A stretch of 64,000 nt of DNA, from the NCBI GenBank assembly GCA_973895155.1, contig OZ316897.1:19843224-19907223 (forward strand), in the 5' to 3' direction. Below the pieces are notes generated by a model, which saw only the letters and a program-made list of their open reading frames with translations, made no database searches and had not been told where the DNA came from. Shown here piece by piece: positions 55,586 to 64,000 of this stretch. The stretch comes from Marsupella aquatica (taxonomy: Eukaryota; Plantae; Marchantiophyta). Position 1 is the first letter of the stretch, and every line of letters starts with the position of its first letter. A program made the translations under genes and the position numbers.

Positions 55586-58500
55586 CTAATCCAAAGGGAC
55601 CGCTTCCCCTTCCTCGGTTTCGGAAGTCCCTGTCGTCAATTCTGGAACAATTGTGGCATCGTCAACCACGCTATCCTCTCCGGCCTGAGGAATGTCTTCC
55701 TCACTCTCCTCATCCATCTCCCCCTGTCCGTCTTCCTCTTCAATGTTATCTGCAAGGTTAAGAATCCTCCCTTTCAACACACTGCTCTGTCGCTCGTCAA
55801 TCTCAATGGCAACGCAATGTCTCCCCATGGCCAAGGAGGAGGTTGTCCCAGTCCCTGATCCTGAACAAATATCCAAAACCCAGTCTCCAACCTGACTAAA
55901 ATGACTCACTTCCCAATCTAACAATGCACGTGGTTTCTGATAAACATTCACTGCCTTGTTATCCCCGTTGTGTTTCAGCTTCTTAGTCACAGCTGCGCAT
56001 ACAACCACATTGTTCCTTGATTCATTTGTGTCAAAATTGAAGTGCTCCAATGACCGTTTACCATCCTGGCTGTGAAAGCCAATTGTAAAGCACTCAAAGT
56101 TGTTGTTCAATCTTGGTCCACCAGCATTCTTCACATTATCCTTAACCCTGAAAAGTCACAAAAAGTCAAGGAGTTATTTAAACTGAGAAACATGGTTCAT
56201 GAAATCATGAATAACTAATAGTTGTTTTTTTCAAAAACAAATATTTCTTACCACACACAATTCTGGAACCCTCCATTACACTCCGCTTTCAAAACGGTCT
56301 TGATGGCCTCATATTGGTCAAGGCTGTGGTGAATGATAATACGCCACAACTTTGCAGTAGTAGCCACCTTGAACGATTGGACCATTTTTGTGATCTCCTC
56401 AGTTCCCCATCCAATAGTGTCTTCATGAAGACATCCAGGCAATGCAAACCCGTAGGGAATATCCACTAAAGCTAATGTGTAAGCCCGACCCGGAACCACC
56501 TCATGTAATCGCTGAGCATCATGAGTAAAAATATCATAGTGCACATCACCAAACTCTGGATGCTCAAACGAATTTGGATGAAGTTCCCCCTCTTGGGTTT
56601 GCCGACTAGAAGTCTTCATGGATAGCCAATTTTGGGCTTGCACAATATGCGCATTGAATTTGTCCGGGAATGACTTGAGATCTTTGCCTTCCTCATCTCC
56701 CTTCTTTTTCCGGGAGGTGGTATCTTTCTACAAAAAGGAACTGTAGAATTAGAAACAAGGATTCCAAATATTAAATGAATTCAAACAATCATTCGAAGAA
56801 AGGTGACAGAATCTTACCCATGTCTGGAAAACAGGTACGAAATTCTTAAGCACATTGTCTGTGCAATGCTCAGGGTACTTGGTTTTACAACCTGACCAAC
56901 TCTCCTCGTGTAGACACGTGAGGAAGGCCTTCTGCACCTGCATCTGAAATTTGTGTCGAGTAAATTCGTGACCCATTTCATGTAAAGAGAGTTCTTTAGT
57001 AAGAACTCTCTGTAACACTGGGCAAATCATATCAGGATCTTTCAAGGCTTGCATGTGTCTCCACTCTGTTAATTTCATGTCCTCATAAGGCAATTTGGCA
57101 TCTCCAGACTTAGAGACTTTCTTCTTGCCTTTGTCTCCTTTTTGACCTTTGATCTCACACATCTCCCACTTGTCACAAATCTGCCTCACAAATGACCACA
57201 CAGGATCTTGTCGGAATGCCAACTGAAATAGGTTATCATTGGCATTAAGAACCTCAGCATCCTTTCGTACACCCCAATCCTTGAGATTGATTTCAGTAGC
57301 ACACTCTTTCTTGAAATCCTGGTTGGACGACAATCCATTCTCAACAAATCTCATGTGAATATAATTTACTCTCTGGATTGTCGTCATCTGTTGTCGAAAT
57401 TCAGAATCAATATTGTGACTCCACGCCAGGTTTCTTGCCTCTTGCACACTCAATCCCGCAAATATCCAAGATTGCACTCTCCGAAATGCCTTGTTGTTAG
57501 GGAACTGAAGAGCAAGGTCTGCTTTGGCACAGGCTGAATGGTTGCCCCCAATCACATAATAATGGTAATCAGCTTTCCTTGAAAAATCAAAGTCTTGCCT
57601 AGTAGCACACTCCTTCGGATCCACCAAGAGGACAAACGGAGCTGCAAGTGGACTGGCACCTACAGTCTTCATCCGCAAGGTCAATTGGGTCAAGAAATAT
57701 GGTTGGATGTGTCGGACCTGGTAAATGGGCAAGCCCACAGCCTTCTCTCTCACTGGAGGGTAAAGTTGACCAATGTCAACGGTCACGGTCTCCTCTTGAA
57801 CACCACATCTTCCCAGAATCTCCTCCTGGTACAATACCCGTGCATCCATTGACATTGATTGAGCCTTTTGCTCCAAATGCGTTGGAATTTTCTCCAAAGT
57901 CTTCTTTTTTGACTTTGTAGCACTGGGCTCGGTAGGCTCATGAGTCATAGCAGGTCGCTTCTTTGAAGAAATGCGAGTTCCAGTCGTACCTTGTGCCGAC
58001 CCACCAGTCAAAGCCGTTCCCTGGGATGATCTGCCAACTTGAGATCCCCCTCCAGATGCTGCTGCTTCCCGGGAGGTTGTAGGCGCTACCACGGTCAAAA
58101 TATCATTGGGTAAAATGCTAGGCCTGGATCCAGAAGGAACACCGGAAGCCCCAGATTTGGGTGGACGACTTACTCCCTTCTCTGCCGACCTTTTCCGGAG
58201 AATCTCTCTTGATTTTCGGATTGCACTCTTTAAAGTGCTAGCGTGAAATTCAAACACAAAACCGAAATCTTTCCCGCGACGTCGTGGTAACGTTCCTCAC
58301 TCGAAAGAGACTTGACAGTCTCAATGATGCTATCGATGTCCTCATCGAGATAGCAGGTGGCAGCCGTTCCAGAAAACCTCTCCACATCCACGACAATCAA
58401 AGTTGATGTTTCCTTCGTTGTGATCAACATGTTCACAACTTCGTCGCCCCATCGAAATACATCGATGCGGCCGTAATTTACCCACCCTAATGCCCCCGAT

Positions 58501-58646
58501 GGAAGCCCCTCAAATACACACAGCATTAGGAAGGGCTTCTTCCATGTTTCCGTCCCTAAGGAAATCGTCCAGGATGAGTTGTGGAAGTCCGTCAAAGGAT
58601 GGCGCGAAAAGATGTCATCCACCAGCTCTTCCTGCGACATTGTCAT
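55586..58646 (-). CDS. ParB/Srx-like domain + beta-class N6-adenine/N4-cytosine DNA methyltransferase fusion. Exons 58646-56818 (apparent frameshift near 58270), 56727-56252, 56147-55586
   Basis: YYVIGGNHS (ParB/Srx-type), LALVDIPYG (motif IV-like), CVW|VKDN...NNFE, then YQKPRALL..FSQVGDWVLDICSGSGT...GRHCVAIEID (motifs X-I-II). Motif IV before motif I is the beta-class order. Two GT-AG introns splice in frame. Confidence 0.85.
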
Positions 58647-58810
58647 GTTTTTGCCTGATCTTCAAACCTGAGAACATACCACAAAATCAGTCCACTTCAA
58701 CCCCAACCTGCGAGACAAAGTGCCACAGAACCAAGGAATGTGCCAACAAATGGCTACTAAAACCGTGTCCTTACGGATCTAACAACGCTCTCGGCCACCC
58801 CAGGACTCCT

Positions 58811-58876
58811 ATCATGAATTCATGAAGGGAGTCTCCCTCTCGCTCCGACCTTCATGAATTCATGAAGGGAGTCTCC
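58811..58876. promoter_or_regulatory. Duplicated palindrome TCATGAATTCATGA in the divergent promoter of the element
   Basis: tcatgaattcatgaagggagtctcc at 58812 and 58852. Further TCATGA at 59192, 59224, 59267 and 59340. Regulatory role is inferred. Confidence 0.55.
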
Positions 58877-59425
58877 TCTCTCTTTGCTTGTACACCTCGG
58901 TGATGCAGAAGGGTATTTAAAATAGGGTTCGGAGGGGGGTGACGTGAAGAAATCACCCAGGGCCTAAATTACTACCTAAAACAGGGTCGAAATGAAGTGC
59001 GACCGCGACAACTCGCGACACGTCGCTGATGAGTGCTGAAAATGGCACGAAATTGGACAGCGAGATTGTTTTTCACTCTTTTACAAAGGAAATCCAAATG
59101 ACATTGAGTGAAAATGAATGGGCTGCCCCGTGTTCCTTGGTTATACATACTAATCACGGATCAGGCGCGACTTAGTAAAATTAACCCTGAATCATGATAA
59201 ATCAATGTTTTCGGGCCAATTATTCATGAATATTTTGGGGTATTAACGGGAAAAAGCTTGCAAATTTCATGAATATTTGATATTTTTGAAGTTAAAAAGT
59301 CCCAACAATCCGTGAAAAACTATAAATAGGCTCGTTTATTCATGACTCTTGGTCATTATTTTGAGAAGATTTGTTAGATTTTACTGATTTTCTGAGTTTC
59401 TTGTCAATTTGCACTAGTTTTTCCA

Positions 59426-62400
59426 ATGGCGGCATGTTACGAATCAGATGATTATTCAGATGGAGTTTCTGATGATGTTTCATTGCCGGATGGCCCCTGC
59501 ACAGTGGTTGGCCCAGATATCCCTGGAATAACTACTGTTTTAGATATGCCACCCCCCACCCCTATGAGCAAGTTAAAACGTAGTCCTTTACGACTTGCAA
59601 TTAGTGGGAAGAAATCATTGGTCGGTGGTAAAGAGAGGTCAGGGAGCTCCTCTGACTCCTTGGAGAGTATTGGTCCCCCTGGACGTCAAGTTGTATCTCC
59701 TTTGTCACCAACAAAGGACAAATTGGGGAGTAATCTGGAAGGTTCAATGCCTATTTGGATGTCTGGGAAACGGTCTCATGAATTCATGAAGACTGGATTT
59801 GGAAAGACGAAGAAGGCACTAAGTGGGGAAAATGACAGAGATTTTTGCAGTCTCCAAAGTGTTCAGCGGCTGAAGCAAATGCCAAAAAGTAAAACCTTTG
59901 GTAAGCCAACGTCGGAAACATTTCACAGGGGGATGAGGGAAGAAACTAGACAACCAGTGTTATTGAGAAGTATTCCAGAAAAGAATTCTAATGTGCGTTC
60001 CTCAGTTTTACCTAGGAGTCATGGTGTTGGGGCAGGGAGCGGATCAAGTCACGGAAACTCAAACAGGGAAACCAACCTGGTGGAGAGGGACCCTAGGAAA
60101 ATATTGAAAGGGTCCCTACACGGTAATGGAGGGATTTCTGAAATACGCCCAGGTATTCCAAGGGTGCATAGAGTGAAGGAAGAGCCTCCATCTCCGAAGG
60201 CTGCAGGTCTGGAATCTAGGCATGTTCAGAAGCAAATGTTGGTGACCATTTCATCATCGAATGAAAGCGAGTCTTTGGAGAGTGGGGAGGATGATGATGT
60301 TCCGGTGGCATCTAGTCGTTACAAACGTACGAGCAACGCCACTTTGTGTGAAACAAAGTTGAAAGAGGAGGATATCAAGAAAACAAATAGTAAGTACTGT
60401 TGTCAGAGTCATTGTCTCCTAAGTCTATCTCCAAAAGAAATTCGTGAGGCGCGTTCTAAATTTTTGAGGCAGAAATCTCAGGATCGATCTTTATCTTTGT
60501 AGTGGCTTATAAAGCGAGACGGAAATGAAGGAGGGAGGCAAACTATATCTTACACGTTTGGTCAAAAGAGTATTTGTCGGAAAGCTTTCAAGCTTATATT
60601 TTGCGTTGGCAATCATAGATTAAATAGAATTTTGAAATTAGACAACCAAGACTTAGGATATTCTAAACCAGTTGGACGCCCTCCATCTGTTAAAAGATTA
60701 GTCTTGGTCAGTTGGCTTAGGTTGTTTTTTGAGACACGCGTGGAAACATTGCCAAATAAAGAAGTTTCACATTTACCGGATAATTATTCAAAGCTGGAGG
60801 TATGGAAGATCTACGACTCCAACTATGCCAAGATTGATGAATCTTCAAAAATATCCTATCGACAATTCTTGAAAGTTTGGGTTCAAGAATTTGGTCATGT
60901 GAAGATTCCTCCAGTCAATCGATTCAGTGCTTGCGCGGATTGCAAGGAGTTCAAATCAATTCGGGATAAAGCTGTCTCGGAGACCGAAAAGAGTAAGTTA
61001 CTTACAAGTTTGACAAGTTTTTGTTTCAAGAATATGGCTTAACACATGATTTCTAATTTTTTTTGAAGAAACTAACAAGTTGTTTTTCCAGGGCGAAGGG
61101 AAATTATGTTACAAAAACATAGAGACCAACAATCCAAAGAACGTGAGAAACTCGCAAAGCATCGTAAGAAATGTTTTTCAAATTCTGATAAATATTTGGG
61201 AGTTGTCATTGATGGGATGGATCAGAAGAAGACAAGGTTGCCTCATTGGCCGCGGCCCCCAAAATCGGTGGACGAAACATGTTTGATCCAAATGCACGTT
61301 GTCGGATGCCTGGTTTTCAATGGTGCACTATTTTCAAGAGTGTTTCTTAATTATCCTGTATTGCATAATGATGGAAACTTGACAGTCACAATCCTGCAAA
61401 GGGTGTTTCACGAATGGGAAGAAAAGCCTGGTGGCTTGCCGCCTGTTCTCTATCTTCAACTTGATAATACCAGTAGAGAAAATAAAAATAATTTACTCTT
61501 TGCCTATCTTCATATGTTGATTCGAAGAAAAGTTTTTCGGAAAATCAAACTAGGATTCTTGTTGGTTGGACACACACACGACTAAATAGATCAAATGTTC
61601 AGTCGATTTTCTAAACGACTAGCAAGGTTTAAGGCATTCACATACGAAAGCCTATGTGATATTATTTGTGAATCATATCAACCCCAACCAAATATCACTC
61701 TTTTAAAGGAAACATATGATTTCCGTCAATATGCCTTCTCAGATCCACCTTTAGTCATTGAAAGGATTCGAAATGTTACCTTCCACCACCAGTACAAATT
61801 TGCATTTGACAAGTTGGAAAATCAAGTTCCAACCCAATGGGGGAAGAAGTTTTCCACGGACTCAACTTGGAAACCTGACGGAGGCGTGAAATTTTTGAGG
61901 GAAGAGGAGCCAGAAAAGGTGATGGGTTGTGCTCCCGGATTACCCCTTTTCAAAAAGGGGGATAAGAACGTTACAAGGACTCAACCAAATATGTCTAGTT
62001 CTTCAAGAATGACTTTGAAGGAGATGGATGATTCGTTAAATGAGATTCAAAAGGGAATACTTGCAGTTGAAACTTTATTCTTAGAAGAGGAAGTGAACTG
62101 GTGGAGAATGTTTTTTGAAGAGCAACGGGAATTGAATAAATCTTTGCTCCTTGATCAAAGACCATTGATTTTCCCTTTTCAATGGCCACGCTCCCAAAGG
62201 GAGATTGCTGTTGCTGCTGAAGTTCCCAGAGTCCTTGTCAATGAAGAGGAAATTGAAGAGAGAGTATACGGACCTACCAGAGATATATACGTGGGTCCTT
62301 ATCGGAATCAAGGAAAGATAGATGCAGAGAAGGAGAATATGGAAGGAGACTTTTCGGATCTTGAAGTCAACACTTATATTTCTGTTGCTGGAGAAGAATC

Positions 62401-62824
62401 GGAAACATTTTGGGTGGCCAAGGTGGAAAGAATTGACCAGCGCGATGAGTTCAACATTCCAAAAATGATTTATGTTTTATGGCATGCTACAAAAACCGGG
62501 TCAGATCCTTGGAAAGCCAAGTACTTACCAGAAGTCTTAAACTACGAAAAGAAGAAAAGTGGTCGTGGGAAAGGAACTTTGAAACCAATATGGTTTCACC
62601 AAGAGCTTGATTTATCTTCAACGACTGTTTTTGCTTACAACTTCATGTTGACAAAATCTGATACATTGTACAAAAAGACAGTAGATCGAATCAAAATCCG
62701 ATTGACTGAATTTTTGGCAGAAGAGAAAGAGCAAGAACAAGAGAATGGATCAACTAGAACCCCGCTAGGAGATAAATCTAGGGATATTTCGTTCCAAGAA
62801 TTGAGGACTTCTAGATCTGAGTAA
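59426..62824 (+). pseudogene. Sola1-like (DUF7869-type) DDD transposase, exons 59426-60992 and 61092-62824, in-frame stops at 60500 and 61583
   Basis: CCQSHC, ICRKAF, FSACADC...H, VIDGMDQKKTRLP, LYLQLDNTSRENKN, FLLVGHTHD*IDQMFSRFS. Reading continues in the same frame across both stops. Confidence 0.82.
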
Positions 62825-64000
62825 TGAAAAGTAGTTATTGTTTGTGACATTACCATTGAAAAACATGGATAACTTGAAATTTTACAAATTTTCAAAATGC
62901 CTTTACCACTTATTCATGAATTCATGGTTAAAGTTTCTTGAAAAATTTGTAGTTTAATATTATCTTAGTGGGTTGTGTTTCAATTCAATTAGATGGTGTC
63001 ATTTCTATTCTCCTTGTCTTCTTTTCACAATAATGTGTATCAGGTTAAGTTGTAGTAATTTATTTTCTGGTTTTTAAATGACAATGGCTTTTGGAGGTGA
63101 TTTAGTTGTTGTTTCAAAAGACACCTCGTGTAATTGTGAGACCATTGTAGATAATAGTGTTGTATTTGAGATCATTTATTGGTGGAATGTAACTTCAGAT
63201 GAATTTGGTCATTTTTAGGTGTCAAAACATAGCTAGTTTATGTCATATTTTGTTCGCTCCATATTTTTGCTCTAAAATAGGTGCTAATTTTTGCACTTTT
63301 TTTGACTTTTTCGTTGTTTTTCTGATTTTTTGGCTAGAGTTCCTAAAGTATGGGCTTGTTACTCATCATTTAAGGCTTCTTGTTGAATGTGATGGGGAGG
63401 TCTCCATGTAATAGTGAGACCTGCAAGGGGGGTGCAAGATTGATAAGAACATCTTGGGTATCGTGGGTCACTTCCACAGAAGTGACATATCACATGCAAC
63501 AAAGTATATGGTCATTTAATTAAAAGGGTTAATTTGATTGAAGATTTATGGAATGACCAAGTTGTCAAAGGAAATATAAGGTTGTTTAATAGAAAAATGC
63601 ATACATATCATCACATGATTGGTGTTGTACAAATTTATATGAAGTTCGATCTTAGGTGGGGGCCTAAATGATCCAAACCTTCACACCTAATTACATGTCT
63701 GGCCCTCCATATATGAGGTGGCTGAGGAGTTGCACAATTATGCTCTATGCAATGAGAACATATGTTTGACCTTCTTTTTCTTCCCTACATCCCCTCACCC
63801 CCATGCCCTCTCTTTCAATTCTTTACTCCCACTCTCCTTCCCATTGCTGATCTCCATTGGCCCCCTTCCCCTCACCCCATGCCCTCTCTTTCTTACTCCC
63901 ACTAGATCTCCCACTAATTGCTGATCTCCATTGCCCCCCTTCCCCTCCCCCTTTTAAAAATGAGATTAAAATAGAGAAGAAATGACAACATCAACGTACC

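Larger units (their letters stand above)
55265..63384. mobile_element. 8120-bp TIR DNA transposon (Sola1-like) carrying a DNA methyltransferase gene
   Basis: Left end aacaagaagccttaagggatgagtccaaagcc. Right end (reverse complement) aacaagaagccttaaatgatgagtaacaagcc. The first 15 bp are perfect and 27/32 match. GAAT flanks both ends (55261-55264, 63385-63388). Flanks rejoin to match element-free paralogs near 43580 and 50125. Confidence 0.92.

Noticed and set aside
55586-58646. Bacterial contamination or a restriction-modification system
   Set aside because: The gene has spliceosomal introns, sits inside TIRs inserted in a plant duplication unit, and has no endonuclease partner.
60500-61585. 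Programmed stop read-through or RNA editing in the transposase
   Set aside because: Ordinary nonsense mutations are simpler, and similar stops occur in the other TE genes here.

Overview
Land-plant nuclear DNA, probably a bryophyte (weak inference), rich in transposons and duplications. Left part: a 3-exon DUF247/UPF0481 gene (483-3015) and an intronless UPL3/KAKTUS-like HECT ligase copy (9358-5143, minus) whose catalytic C-lobe is frameshifted by a 19-bp duplication. From about 13 to 27.4 kb lies a TE-like gene cluster with uncertain ends: a TnpA(Ptta/En/Spm)-like gene surrounded by TTGCGA/TCGCAA motif clusters, an intact CxCxxC-SET domain gene, an LTR-like block, and a decayed plant-mobile-domain-like/SNF2-RING helicase gene. 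From about 32 to 64 kb is a set of local segmental duplications with three intronless PABP-derived pseudogenes and a micro-exon euAP2-type gene (about 38424-40385) that the ORF track misses. The main finding is an 8.1-kb TIR DNA transposon (55265-63384, ~32-bp TIRs, GAAT flanking repeats). It encodes a Sola1-like DDD transposase and, divergently, an intron-containing ParB/Srx-fold plus beta-class DNA amino-methyltransferase fusion, and it is strongly enriched in TCATGA palindromes. All family assignments come from motif recognition by eye; no searches were run.
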